From NCBI GenBank assembly GCA_034520565.1, contig JAXHNL010000002.1, positions 32,001 through 96,000 of the forward strand: a stretch of DNA of 64,000 nt, given 5' to 3'. Each line of letters begins with the position of its first letter. The first letter of the stretch is position 1. This document shows, piece by piece, positions 31,799 through 42,780 of this stretch. This DNA comes from Halodesulfurarchaeum sp. (GTDB lineage: Archaea; Halobacteriota; Halobacteria; Halobacteriales; Halobacteriaceae). The notes beneath the pieces are model-generated. The model did no database searches and was not told where the DNA came from. It worked only from the letters and a program-made list of their open reading frames with translations. Both the position numbers and the translations under genes were made by a program.

Positions 31799-32149
31799 AT
31801 GAGAGCAGTCAAATCGATTCTCGAAGCGAAAAGCCTCCGAGTCGGATCGATGTCAATCGGGGAAACTGTCACCGTCGAACTCTCGAAAGAGGAGATGCTT
31901 CCACTTCATATCGAAATGATCGACGTAAACCGTCTCAGTGTCGGCCATTACTTCCGACAACGAGGTGACTTGCTTAGCGACCCCGAAGTCGTCTTCGAAA
32001 TTAACGACCGAGAGTGGATTCCGATTCGGTATCGACGTGACCCAACTGTCGACAGGCACGATCCAAATGGGCTCGCGATTGGCGGGTTTCTCGAAACCTG
32101 GGATCAGAATCTGCAAAAACAGGGCTATGTAACCGCTTCCTCAGATTGA
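31799..32149 (+). CDS. DUF6908-like protein
   Basis: LPLHIE...LSVGHYFRQRGDLLSDPEVVF...FLETWDQNLQKQGY. Confidence 0.7.
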   Translation: MRAVKSILEAKSLRVGSMSIGETVTVELSKEEMLPLHIEMIDVNRLSVGHYFRQRGDLLSDPEVVFEINDREWIPIRYRRDPTVDRHDPNGLAIGGFLETWDQNLQKQGYVTASSD

Positions 32150-32253
32150 AAAATACGCGAGGGGCAGTCTATTCTCGATACAGAACACATGGCTTTCTCA
32201 AAATTATCGCGAGGCTGAATATTATAAGTAGCCGCCACCATTTTCAGCACACG

Positions 32254-35001
32254 ATGGGGCCAGAAGCGGAAGCCCGACAGGAAATAGATCGGATGTTGGA
32301 GTCTGCGGGCTGGGAGGTGCAAGATTATGGAGATCACAATCTCGGGGCGAATGACGGAAACGTCGTCCTCCGCGAATTTCAAATCGGGAAGGACGCCGCC
32401 GATTACGTTATTTTCATTGATCGGCGGGCTGTTGGCGTGATCGAAGCTAAGCCCACTGGAACGACATTAACCGGCGTTGAGGAGCAGTCTCGCCGGTATG
32501 CAGAGGAATTCCCGAAAGACCTCCACCCAGCTCAATTACCCCTGCCATTTGTATACGAAAGTACCAGCATCGAGACCTACTTCCGCGATACGAGAGATTT
32601 GGAGTCGCGTTCTCGAGAACTATTTTGGTTTCACAAACCCGAGGAGCTTCAAGAACTTCTGAATCGGGAAGATACGCTTCAGGAATCAGTTCAAGCGATT
32701 GCCTCCCTTCGAGCAAGGGCAGTCTTCGAGACGCCCAATACGAGGCAATTCAGGCGTTGGAGGGCTCACTTGCGGATGGACGCCCCCGGTCGCTCATTCA
32801 GATGGCGACCGGGAGCGGGAAGACGTATATGGCAGTGGAGGAGGTCTATCGGCTGATCAAGCACGCGAACGCCAAGCGAATCCTATTTCTCGTTGACCGC
32901 AAAAATCTCGGGAAGAACGCGGAGACAGAATTCCAGCAGTTCGACACGCCTACTGGCCGGAAGTTCACGGAAGAGTACAACGTCCAGCGATTCCAGACCG
33001 GGAATATCGATCCCGCGAGCAAAGTTTGTATCTCGACCATCCAGCGGATGTATTCGATTCTGCAGGGCGAAGATCTCGAAGAGGAAGAAGTCGAGCAGTC
33101 ACAATTCGAAACGGACGAGGACGGAGAGCAAAAAGAGGTGCAGTACAATCCCGAAGTCCCGATTACGGAATTCGACTTCATCATCATCGACGAATGCCAC
33201 CGTTCGATCTACAACAAGTGGCGGCAGGTCCTCGATTACTTCGATTCGTTCCTCATTGGCCTGACTGCCACCCCAGCGAAGCATACCCTCGCGTTCTTTA
33301 ACCAAAATCTGGTGACCGAATACCCGCAAGAACGCGCCGTTGCTGACGGGGTAAACGTCGGGTACGACGTATACAGTATCCGCACGCGAGCGACCGAAGA
33401 GGGGGACGTGCTCGAAGCCGGCTACACGGTTGGCAAACGTGACAAGATGACTCGCGAAGAGAAGTGGGAGCAACTGGACGATACGATGGACTATCGTCCG
33501 ACGCAACTCGATCGGGACGTCGTCAAGCCGGATCAAATTCGGACGGTCATGGAGACGTTTCGAGACAATCTGGACAATATGTTCCCACGTCGGGACGAGG
33601 CGGTCCCGAAAATACTCGTCTTCGCGAAAAACGATGCACATGCTGATGACATCGTTCGGATCACCCGGGAGGTATTCGGGAAAGGAAATGACTTCTGCAA
33701 GAAAATCACCTACAAATCCGAGAAGGATCCGGAGGATCTGATTTCGGAGTTCCGGAATTCGTACAACCCACGCATCGTCGTCTCCGTGGACATGATTTCG
33801 ACGGGCACGGACATCAAACCGCTCGAATGTCTGATCTTCCTCCGGGACGTGAAATCGCGCACCTACTTCGAGCAGATGAAAGGGAGAGGGACCCGGACCA
33901 TCGAGCAGCAACGATTTGCAGCGGGTTACCCCTGACGCGGAGCACAAGACCCGCTTCGTCCTCGTCGACGCCGTGGGCGTAACGCGAAAGTGACAAAACC
34001 GACTCCGAACCCCTTGACCGGGATCCGAGTGCCTCCTTCGAAGACGTCTTAGAAGAGGTCACACTCAACCCGGATCCGTCCGACGACACCCTCTCGACGC
34101 TCGCAGAGCGCCTTGCCCGGATGGATAAAGTGCTCGACGGCGACCAGCGGCGGACCCTCAACCGTGAAGGAGACGCTCAGCTCCATCAGATGATTAACGA
34201 CCTGCTCACTGCGACGAGACCGGGACGAACAGCTCGCAGCGGCAAAAGAGGAAGTTCGACACCGAGAGTCCCAGCGAGGAACAGGTCGAGGAGGCGCGCC
34301 AGGACCTCGTCGAAGAAGCGAAACAGCACTTCGACGACAGCGAGTTCCGGGAAACGCTCACCACAATCAAGAAGCAGAACACGCAGTACATCGACCCGAC
34401 CGCGGACGAGGTCATCGAGTTCGAGGCCGAGCCCGAGAAGTCACTGAACGCCGAGCAGACGGTAGAACGGTTCCGCGAGTTCATCGACGAGAACAAAGAC
34501 GAAATCACTGCACTCCAGATAATCTACAACCAGCCCCACCGTCGGAAGGAACTGACCTACGAGAAGATTCGAGAACTGGCGGACACGTTCACGGCCCCGC
34601 CGTACAACCTCCGGACGGAGGAGGTCTGGGAGGCCTACGAGCAGCTCGAAAAGTCGAAAGTAGAAGAGAAAAGCGAGAAACAATTGCTTACGGACATCAT
34701 CTCTATTGTCCGTTTCGAGATGGGAGAGAGTGAGAAACTAGAACCGTTTGAGCAGGAGGTCGATGAGCGCTTCGAGAAGTGGCTGGCGCAACAGCAGGCT
34801 GATGGCGACAGCTTTTCAGAGCAGGAACTGGAGTGGCTGGATATGATGAAAGACCACATCGCTACCTCTGCGGCAATGGAAAAATCGGACCTTCAGCTGG
34901 ATCCGTTTAATCAGCGGGGTGGAATTCATCGGGCCCACGAGCTGTTTGGCGAGGATTTGGATTCAATGATTCAGGAGCTTAATCAGGAGTTGGTAGCGTG
35001 A
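32254..35001 (+). CDS. hsdR: Type I restriction subunit R (EcoEI-like), several frameshifts (~32700, 33905, 33985, 34220-34260)
   Basis: ADYVIF...VIEAK, MATGSGKT, IIDECHRSIY, GLTATP, QMKGRGTR, C-terminal LTDIISIVRF...PFNQRGG. Confidence 0.9.
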
Positions 35002-36404
35002 ATTATCCCAGTCATTGGACTATTTCTGAACTTGACGATATTGTTGACGTCCAATCAGGTGTTGCATTTCCAAAGGAATACCAGGGGAATGTGAATAAAG
35101 AGATACCGTTCTTCAAAGTAAAGGATTTACAAAAAACGGATGGCGGACGCCGATATTTGGATGATGCCGATAATTATGTATCTGAAGACGAGTCAAAGGA
35201 TTTGTCTAATGGGCTCATCCCAGAAAATTCAATCATATTTCCAAAGGTCGGCGAAGCGATAAAACTTAATCGTAGAGGTATTTTAAGACAAGATTCGCTG
35301 ATAGATAACAACCTAATGGCAATTCATTTGATTAATGAAGAGATGGTTCTTGATTATATATATTACTATTTTTTGACCGTTAGGCTTGAAACCTTCACTA
35401 GAGCCACTACAGTTCCTTCTATCCGCCAAAGTGATGTGAAAGAAATCAAAGTCCCAGTTCCCCCGCATTCTGAACAAAAAATGATAGTATCGAAGATCGA
35501 CGAACTGTTTTCCCAACTTGATTCTGGTATCAGTGAACTTGAAAATGCTAAGCAAAGGCTAGAACAATACTGGACTGTGATATTCAATGCAGCAATCCAA
35601 GGGCTATTAACAGAAAAATGGAGGCGATCACAAAATATTGACTCAGCTTATGTAGATGTTGATGAGAAATCTAACTGGACAATTCCAAGTCATTGGGACA
35701 CTGGTCCACTAAAAGAATTTTATAATGTAGTTCCTGGCAAAGCATTTTCCAGTAGTGATTTCAAAACCAGTGGTGTTCCAGTCATTAAGATAGGTAATGT
35801 TTCACACAATGAGTTCAAAGAAAGTCATTCTGACCACTTGGCAGAGGAGTTTTTAGATGAACATCCGAGAAGACGTGTGGAACCTGGGTCACTGTTATTG
35901 GCACTCACTCGTCCAATAACAAAAAATCGGGTTAAAATTTGTAAGTATCCTGGCGATAAGGAAAGGGGCCTTTTAAATCAGCGAGTTGCTTTAATAGAAT
36001 CTTTAGATGAAAATGAAATCGAACTTCCGCTATATTTTTTACAATCTAGTTATTTCAAATCGCTGATTGAAGATGATAGTTCAAAAACATTACAACCAAA
36101 TCTGTCATCTGTGAGTCTTAGGGATTTCACATTTCCATTACCGCCAAAAAATGAACAAAAACAGATAATATCTGAAATAGAACGTCAACAATCTATCCTA
36201 CAGGAAACACAAAAAACAAGCTCTTATTTAATAAATAAAGGAAATCAGTTGCGGCAATCAATACTTAAACAGGCATTCGAAGGCAATTTACTTTCACAAC
36301 GTTCGAATGCTGGGAAAGCAAAGCAAAGTCAAGAACAAGTAGATGGAAAGTCCAAATCAGGTGAACAAGTTACGCTTTCAGGGGTGATTAGTGATGGGAA
36401 ATGA
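34998..36404 (+). CDS. hsdS: Type I R-M specificity subunit
   Basis: Two TRD plus conserved repeats (YPSHW, VPVPPHSEQKMIV; IPSHW, PLPPKNEQKQII, LRQSILKQAFEG). Confidence 0.93.
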   Translation: MNYPSHWTISELDDIVDVQSGVAFPKEYQGNVNKEIPFFKVKDLQKTDGGRRYLDDADNYVSEDESKDLSNGLIPENSIIFPKVGEAIKLNRRGILRQDSLIDNNLMAIHLINEEMVLDYIYYYFLTVRLETFTRATTVPSIRQSDVKEIKVPVPPHSEQKMIVSKIDELFSQLDSGISELENAKQRLEQYWTVIFNAAIQGLLTEKWRRSQNIDSAYVDVDEKSNWTIPSHWDTGPLKEFYNVVPGKAFSSSDFKTSGVPVIKIGNVSHNEFKESHSDHLAEEFLDEHPRRRVEPGSLLLALTRPITKNRVKICKYPGDKERGLLNQRVALIESLDENEIELPLYFLQSSYFKSLIEDDSSKTLQPNLSSVSLRDFTFPLPPKNEQKQIISEIERQQSILQETQKTSSYLINKGNQLRQSILKQAFEGNLLSQRSNAGKAKQSQEQVDGKSKSGEQVTLSGVISDGK

Positions 36405-37848
36405 GGCAAACCAGTTAGTAACCAAGCTCTGGAACTACTGCGATGTTCTCCGGGACGATGGCGTGAGTTATGGTGATTACGTAGAACAGCTAACCTATCT
36501 CCTCTTTCTCAAGATGGACGAGGAGTTGATGGAGATAGGATTCCAAGAGGAATCCCAGGTTACAGACGAATACAACTGGCAAAGTCTTGTCGAAAAAGAC
36601 GGCGAGGAATTGGAGAGCCATTACCGGACGATTCTCCAAGAACTCGGGACACAAGGTGGGCTGCTGAGCGTCATCTTCAGCAAAGCCCAGAACCGGATTC
36701 AGGACCCCGCGAAACTTCGTCGGCTCGTGTTGATGATCGACGATGAGAACTGGTCGGGAATGGACGTCGACGTGAAGGGTGAGATCTACGAGGGACTCCT
36801 ACAGAAGAACGCCGAGGACGTCAAGAGCGGTGCCGGTCAGTACTTTACCCCCCGACCACTTATCAAAGGAGTCGTAGAGGCAGTTCAACCAGAGCCGGAT
36901 CAAGAAATCTGCGACCCCGCGTGTGGTACTGGCGGGTTCTTCCTCTCGGTTCACGATTACATCGTCGAGAACCACCAGCTCGATAAACAACAGAAGGAAT
37001 TCCTCCAACACGACGCTTTCAAGGGGTGGGAGATCGTCGACAACACGGCGCGTCTTGCCGTAATGAACCTCTATCTCCACGGGATCGACGGCCAGGAAAG
37101 TCCGATTGTCGTCGATGACAGCCTCCGGACTGACCCAGGCGAGCGCTTTGATCTCATCCTGACGAATCCTCCATTCGGCAAGAAAAGCAGTGTCACCGTG
37201 ATGAGTGCCGAGGGCGAGGCTGTAAAGGAATCGCTGACCTACGAGCGAGACGATTTCTGGGCGACCACGTCCAACAAGCAGCTAAACTTCCTGCAACATG
37301 TTAAAACACTCCTCAAAATCGGTGGCACTGCTGCCATCGTCGTTCCGGACAACGTATTGTTCGAAGGCGGTGCTGGGGAGACCGTTCGCCGCAAACTGCT
37401 GAACCAATTCGATGTCCACACGATGTTGCGCCTGCCGACGGGTATCTTCTACGCCCAGGGCGTGAAAGCGAACGTTCTCTTCTTCGACGCGAAACCAGCC
37501 CAGGCTGACCCCTGGACGGAGGACCTTTGGATCTACGACCTTCGGACGAACAAGCACTTCACGCGAAAGCGTGACCCCCTCACGTTCGATGACCTGACGG
37601 ACTTCATCGAATCCTACAACCCGGAGAATCGCCACGAACGCGAGGAAACTGAACGGTTCAAGTCATTCTCCTACGATGAATTAATGGAACGTGACAAGGC
37701 TAATCTGGACATCTTCTGGCTTAAAGATGACAGTCTGGAGGACGTCGAGGACCTCCCAGAGCCGGAAGTGCTTGCTGCAGACATCACAGAGAATCTGGAA
37801 GCGGCATTGGATCAGTTTTCCCAAATTCAGGACGACTTGACGCAATAA
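36394..37848 (+). CDS. hsdM: Type I R-M N6-adenine methyltransferase
   Basis: LRDDG, GQYFTPR, DPACGTGGF, LTNPPFG, LRLPTGIFY. Confidence 0.95.
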   Translation: MGNEANQLVTKLWNYCDVLRDDGVSYGDYVEQLTYLLFLKMDEELMEIGFQEESQVTDEYNWQSLVEKDGEELESHYRTILQELGTQGGLLSVIFSKAQNRIQDPAKLRRLVLMIDDENWSGMDVDVKGEIYEGLLQKNAEDVKSGAGQYFTPRPLIKGVVEAVQPEPDQEICDPACGTGGFFLSVHDYIVENHQLDKQQKEFLQHDAFKGWEIVDNTARLAVMNLYLHGIDGQESPIVVDDSLRTDPGERFDLILTNPPFGKKSSVTVMSAEGEAVKESLTYERDDFWATTSNKQLNFLQHVKTLLKIGGTAAIVVPDNVLFEGGAGETVRRKLLNQFDVHTMLRLPTGIFYAQGVKANVLFFDAKPAQADPWTEDLWIYDLRTNKHFTRKRDPLTFDDLTDFIESYNPENRHEREETERFKSFSYDELMERDKANLDIFWLKDDSLEDVEDLPEPEVLAADITENLEAALDQFSQIQDDLTQ

Positions 37849-37900
37849 CTACTAACCTGCGTTTACAGGAGTTCTTAAGACTAAGTTGGAGTCGAGGTCC

Positions 37901-38863
37901 TCAGAAACGTTGAATCCGGTCGTAGAACGTATTATAGAACTGCTCTCCGGTTTCTAGCATCCAATTTTGGTACTCCTTCCATTCGTCTTTCCTCGACAAG
38001 ACCCCATCCCGGCGTAGCGTAATTTTTCCCCGTTCACTCTCACCTTTCGCGTCTTCCGGGGGGCTCCAAATCAACGATTCACCTATCTGGGCTTCGATTT
38101 CGTCCTTCTCACTTTCCAGTGCTTGGTAAATTTCGGGATCCTTTCTGATGATCAAGTGCGTGTACAGACTGTTTTCGACGGTGTTTACCGTAAATTGGAG
38201 TTTACAGTCTGCTTTTCCGATTGGGTTATTATACCAGTGATGAGGCTTCGGTTTGCGAGGGCGCAGGGTAGTATCCTCGGCCTCGATAAGATCGCGAAAC
38301 GCAGTCCAATATTCTTCCTGGAGCTTTTTCGTCTCTGTCAGTTCTCCTTCGGTTCGCTTTGCTTTCTCCTTCCACTCACTGGGGTCCTCGACCGGATTTA
38401 ACCGGACTGCAGGCCTCGAATCCCCAATTCGCCAGACTTCGAGCCGAATTGCAAAGAGATCGATTCCCTCCCGACTGTTTTGATTTAACCATTGGAACGC
38501 ATCGCGATGTTCGTCGTTGAATTTCGGCGAAATCCAAACGATGATATCAGCATCCACCCCCGCCGCGTAGGCAATAGATTTTCCGAGGTGGTCGTGATCA
38601 GACGACCCAAGCTGATTTTCGATCACGACGACACGGCCGTCGTCAACCGTATTCGCAACGATATCGACGTTATATTTACCGACACTTTTCTCCGTTTCAA
38701 CGACCTCCAGATCGAGGCGAAGGACATCTTCTAAGTGCGACACGTCTTCGGTCTCGATTGCTTTCGCTAACCATGGGGTGAAATCACGGGCTTCATCTGA
38801 CCAATATTCTCGAACGTCCTGGGGCTCAAGTTCCTCGAATTCTGTTGGGTCGGAGATTTCCAT
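37901..38863 (-). CDS. DUF4268-containing endonuclease-like protein
   Basis: EARDFTPWL, VDI...VVIENQLGSSDHDHLGK, C-terminal YWTAF...PRKPKPHHW. Confidence 0.82.
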   Translation of the reverse strand: MEISDPTEFEELEPQDVREYWSDEARDFTPWLAKAIETEDVSHLEDVLRLDLEVVETEKSVGKYNVDIVANTVDDGRVVVIENQLGSSDHDHLGKSIAYAAGVDADIIVWISPKFNDEHRDAFQWLNQNSREGIDLFAIRLEVWRIGDSRPAVRLNPVEDPSEWKEKAKRTEGELTETKKLQEEYWTAFRDLIEAEDTTLRPRKPKPHHWYNNPIGKADCKLQFTVNTVENSLYTHLIIRKDPEIYQALESEKDEIEAQIGESLIWSPPEDAKGESERGKITLRRDGVLSRKDEWKEYQNWMLETGEQFYNTFYDRIQRF

Positions 38864-39168
38864 ATTGAGAGGGTATCGCCGAGTTGTAGTAAAGACACAT
38901 CCTCAAGCAATCACAGATTTTCCCGCAAAATATATCTGAGTCTCCCAGAATTATCAGATTCCCGATTTTAATTATTTGCCCAACCAACCAAGTCTTTGCT
39001 TAAGTTCACCCAAATTTATTTCTGTCCGGAACTATATTGTGTTCATAGGCGAATCGCAAGATGTCGTCGACCCCCAAACCCAAATCGAACGAACTCACTC
39101 GCGGGTTGAGAGCGGGGTTTAAAAGTAAGTCGACGCCTTCTCGTGTTCATCTCATTCCCGAAAATGTT

Positions 39169-39320
39169 ACGGACCCGACGGGACTCCCGCGAACGCAGTG
39201 AGCGGGAGGTCGTCGGGGGAGCGAAGTGTTCCGAAGGAACCTGAGCGGACCCGACGGGATTTGAACCAGAGGAAGACTCGCTCCCGAAGGTCGCTCGTCT
39301 TCCAGGGCTCAAATCCCTGA
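39169..39320 (-). repeat. Two partial copies of the tRNA-Arg 3' end (att-like), one forming a hairpin element
   Basis: CGGACCCGACGGGATTTGAACC at 39246-39267 equals 39397-39418; ACGGACCCGACGGGA at 39169-39183; inverted arm GGCTCAAATCCC at 39306-39317. Confidence 0.8.
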
Positions 39321-39396
39321 ACGTTTTCACTGCTCCCTTCGGTCGCAGGAAAACGTCGCCGTCCGTTCGTACTCCTCGCTTCGCTCGGAGAACTCA

Positions 39397-39469
39397 CGGA
39401 CCCGACGGGATTTGAACCCGTGACATCTTGGTCCGGAACCAAGGACTCTGTCCACTGAGCTACGGGCCC
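39397..39469 (-). tRNA. tRNA-Arg (anticodon CCG)
   Basis: GGGCCCGTAGCTCAGTGGACAGAGTCCTTGGTTCCGGACCAAGATGTCACGGGTTCAAATCCCGTCGGGTCCG folds as a 73-nt cloverleaf with anticodon loop TTCCGGA; no encoded CCA. Confidence 0.96.
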
Positions 39470-39563
39470 TCATCTTCCATTCCACCGTCGACGTGTTTAA
39501 CCGTTCTGACTCACTCCAAGCCCTGACCAGACAACCGACGTGGTCGGCAGAAAACATTGAGTT

Positions 39564-39681
39564 GGGCGGGAATTCCAAAGGGGCCGACCGGTCGCGTTCG
39601 ACTCGGCGGGCACTATCACGACTGAGCAACGCGAAGGAGTGATATCCCGGCGAGCGGGCGCGAGCGGGAGGGGGCTTTTCG
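39564..39681 (-). repeat. Shorter copy of the palindromic REP/MITE-like element
   Basis: Minus strand runs GAAAAGCCCCC...GCCCCTTTGGAATTCCCGCCC, matching the ends of 18525-18755. Confidence 0.5.
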
Positions 39682-39860
39682 GAGTCATTGTCTTCTTTGC
39701 AGGATTGCAATATGGACCACAACAAATCCCACACCCCACCAGAAACCCCACCGAAAATTCCCTGTCCAATTACCAAAACCACACGCACACTCGCGAGAAG
39801 CCCCAAACAGCCGTTTGACGCTACGCCGTTTATACCATCCTCACGCTCCACGTGTCCAAT

Positions 39861-40634
39861 ATGGATCGTGGAACAATCCTCGCCGTCGCGATCGCGGTCG
39901 CCGTGATCGCCGGAGCCGGCACCGCCGGCGTCGCAATGGCGTTTTCCGACCAGAACGCATCGCCCAACCAGACAACCGACATCGACAAACCAGCCCCGAA
40001 CAGCACCATCACCGTCTCGGCCACGGGCTCCGAGAGTGCCGACCCCGACAAGGCCGAACTCCGCATCGTCGTCCAGAAAACCGCCGATGACCCGAACACC
40101 GCCCGCACCGACGTCGCGAACAACGTCTCCAGCGTCACCGAGGCCCTGCTCGCCATGGGTCTCGCCGACGAGGACATCCGCACCACCGACTACCGCATCG
40201 GCGAACGCGTCGAACGACCCACCGGGCCCACCGAGGAGCGAACCGAAGAACGCGTCGCCTACGCCCGCCAGACCCTCGAAGTCGAGATAACCGACCTCGA
40301 CCAGGTCGGCTCGGCCATCGACACCGCCGTCGAAAGCGGCGCCACCGAGGTCCAGAACGTCCGCTACACGCTCACCGAACAGACCCGGAACGAACTCCGG
40401 AACGAGGCCCTCGTGGCCGCGATGGAGCAGGCCCGATCCCAGGCCGACACCCTCGCGACCCAGTCCGAGCTGACCATCACCGGCCCGAGCGAGATCACGA
40501 CCGATTCCTACCACTCGCCGATCGTCCGCTACGAGACTGCCGCCGGCGGAGTCGCAGAGAGTAGCACCGAAATCGACGCCGGCCCGGTCTCGGTCCAGAC
40601 CCAGGTCACCGTGACCTACGAAGCCGCCCCGTAA
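39861..40634 (+). CDS. SIMPL (DUF541) domain protein
   Basis: Signal peptide; TITVSATG...DPDKAEL, IRTTDY, AVESGATEV, ALVAAMEQARSQA. Confidence 0.88.
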   Translation: MDRGTILAVAIAVAVIAGAGTAGVAMAFSDQNASPNQTTDIDKPAPNSTITVSATGSESADPDKAELRIVVQKTADDPNTARTDVANNVSSVTEALLAMGLADEDIRTTDYRIGERVERPTGPTEERTEERVAYARQTLEVEITDLDQVGSAIDTAVESGATEVQNVRYTLTEQTRNELRNEALVAAMEQARSQADTLATQSELTITGPSEITTDSYHSPIVRYETAAGGVAESSTEIDAGPVSVQTQVTVTYEAAP

Positions 40635-40716
40635 CCCCCGTCGATCGATCGAACTCTTCTCCCGGTTCCCACACCCGACCACAAAGGGTTAGCCGCCTTC
40701 CCGCGTAAATACTGTG

Positions 40717-41481
40717 ATGGTATCACTTACCGACAAGGTAGCACTCGTGACCGGCGCCAGTTCGGGAATCGGCCGCCAGACCGCCGAAACCTTCGCCGAG
40801 CGGGGCGCGAAAGTCGTCGTCGCCGACGTGGACCGCGAGGGCGGCCAGGAGACCGTCGAACAGATCGAAGACAGGGGAGGCGAAGCCATCTTCGTCGAGG
40901 CCGACGTGACCGACCCCGAGTCGACGGAAGCGATGGTCGAAACGACCGTCGAAGAATTCGGCCGGCTGGACTGTGCCTTCAACAACGCCGGGATCGGCGG
41001 GCCGCAGGCACCGGTACAGGAGACCGACCCCGAAGAGTGGCAGACGGTCATCGACGTGAACCTCGTGGGCGTGTTCAACTGCATGCGCGCCGAAATCGAG
41101 CAGATGCTGGCCCAGAACGGCGGCGGGGCCATCGTGAACAACTCCTCGATCCTCGGGAAGGTCGGCTTTGCCAGCGCATCCGGCTACGTCGCCGCAAAGC
41201 ACGGCTTGCTGGGCCTGACCAAGACCGCCGCCCTGGAGAACGGCGAGACCGGGATCAGGATCAACGCCGTCTGCCCCGGATTCATCGAGACGCCGCTGCT
41301 CGAGGCGGGCGGGATCACCAGCGACCCCGAACTCAGAGAGATGATCGAGGGACGGCACGCGATGAACCGGCTGGGCCAGCCCGAGGAGGTCGCCGACGCG
41401 GTCGCCTGGCTCTGCAGCGACGAGGCCTCCTTCGTCACCGGCGAGGCCCTCGGGGTCGAGGGCGGCTACCTCGCCCAGTAG
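40717..41481 (+). CDS. Short-chain dehydrogenase/reductase
   Basis: TGASSGIG, NNAGI, YVAAK, NAVCPG. Confidence 0.93.
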   Translation: MVSLTDKVALVTGASSGIGRQTAETFAERGAKVVVADVDREGGQETVEQIEDRGGEAIFVEADVTDPESTEAMVETTVEEFGRLDCAFNNAGIGGPQAPVQETDPEEWQTVIDVNLVGVFNCMRAEIEQMLAQNGGGAIVNNSSILGKVGFASASGYVAAKHGLLGLTKTAALENGETGIRINAVCPGFIETPLLEAGGITSDPELREMIEGRHAMNRLGQPEEVADAVAWLCSDEASFVTGEALGVEGGYLAQ

Positions 41482-41602
41482 GCCAGCCGGTCGCGAGCAA
41501 CGGGCTCTTGGCATCCCCGGACCAATCCATCTCAATGACCGAGATTCGTGGCTCCCGATCGCAGTCGAGATCACCCGGCGCGACCACCCCGAAGGTCCGC
41601 CG

Positions 41603-41962
41603 ATGACGAACTGGAAAGCGGTCGGCATCGGCTTTCTCGTGGAGATAGTAGTCGGGGTGGTCGGGTTGCTGATTCCCGGAATCGGCCAGTTGGCTGCCGG
41701 GCTGATCGGCGGCTTCGTCGCCGGCTATCTCGCCGCGGAAGGCACCTGGAGCGGTGCGTGGCACGGCCTCCTGGCCGGGGCCATCGGCGGGATCGTCCTC
41801 TCGCTCCTGCTCGCCCTGCTCGTGACGATCGTCGGCTCGCTCGGCTTCGGAATCCTGGGGCCGCTGGCTGGTGGCAGCGTGTTCCTCCTCGCGGTCACCG
41901 TCGCGCTCTTTTTGGCCATCGACAGCGCGATCGGCGGCGCAATCGGCGGCTTTCTGGCCTGA
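41603..41962 (+). CDS. DUF5518 membrane protein
   Basis: NWKAVGIGF, GGFVAGY, GAWHGLLAGAIGG; hydrophobic Gly-rich helices. Confidence 0.8.
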   Translation: MTNWKAVGIGFLVEIVVGVVGLLIPGIGQLAAGLIGGFVAGYLAAEGTWSGAWHGLLAGAIGGIVLSLLLALLVTIVGSLGFGILGPLAGGSVFLLAVTVALFLAIDSAIGGAIGGFLA

Positions 41963-41997
41963 ATCCGTCCCGCGACCCTTCTCGAACAGTCCCAGAA

Positions 41998-42720
41998 TCA
42001 GTATTCGGTTCCTTTGCGGCCCCGCGTCCCCGCCTCGAAGGGGTGGGCCTCGAGGCTGACGTGACTGATCAGGTCGGCGTGGCCCTCGAGGTAGTCCGGT
42101 GACTCGTGGCCGCCGGTCAACACCAGTTCGAGGCCGTCCGGTTTCGACTCGATCAGATCGACCGCCGCCGCCGGATCGACCAACCCCCGATTGGCGGCGT
42201 AGAGGATCTCGTCGAGAATCAGCATGTGGACGCCGTCCTCCGGCGGACCGTCGAGATCCAGCGGGCCGGTGAGATCCGCCTTCCCAGCCGCGTCGAGCAA
42301 TTCCCGGGCCCGCTCCAGGCCCGCCTGTGCCTTCGCCGCGTGTTCGTCCTCGTCCGGGCCCACTCCCTGGTGGTGCCAGCCGTAGTGGCCCAGATTCTCG
42401 TAGGTGTACCCCGGCAACGCCGCGATCGCATTGTACTCCCCGCGGGTGTCCTCGACGGTCTGGGTCCCGCCCTTCATGAACTGCAGGAGGTGGACCCGGT
42501 AGCCGTGGCCGACGGCCCGCATGCCCATCCCCATCGCGGCCGTGGTCTTGCCCTTGCCGTCGCCCCACCAGACCTGCACCAGCCCGAAATCCGCAGGGGC
42601 ACTCGCCTCGATCGGCTGGTCGGTCAGGGCCGGTTCGCCGCCGTCGGCCCGGATTTCAGCCTGGACGATCTCGCCGGCGGGGCCGGGCGGTTGGACATCC
42701 TCGCTCCCTGGTCGTGGCAT
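41998..42720 (-). CDS. cobO: Cob(I)yrinic acid a,c-diamide adenosyltransferase (CobO/BtuR type)
   Basis: GLVQVWWGDGKGKTTAAMG, QFMKG, LILDEI, ELVLTG, HPF...RKGTEY. Confidence 0.92.
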   Translation of the reverse strand: MPRPGSEDVQPPGPAGEIVQAEIRADGGEPALTDQPIEASAPADFGLVQVWWGDGKGKTTAAMGMGMRAVGHGYRVHLLQFMKGGTQTVEDTRGEYNAIAALPGYTYENLGHYGWHHQGVGPDEDEHAAKAQAGLERARELLDAAGKADLTGPLDLDGPPEDGVHMLILDEILYAANRGLVDPAAAVDLIESKPDGLELVLTGGHESPDYLEGHADLISHVSLEAHPFEAGTRGRKGTEY

Positions 42721-42780
42721 TGACACACGGAAGGAGTGACGCCACTTTGGGCGTTCCGGTCGGCGCGGTTCTGGCCCCGG

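Noticed and set aside
1-39160. Distal att copy of the tRNA-Arg 3' end
   Set aside because: Only a short match (CGGACCCGAC, ~16276) inside a gene was seen by eye, which is expected by chance. The left border may lie outside the window.
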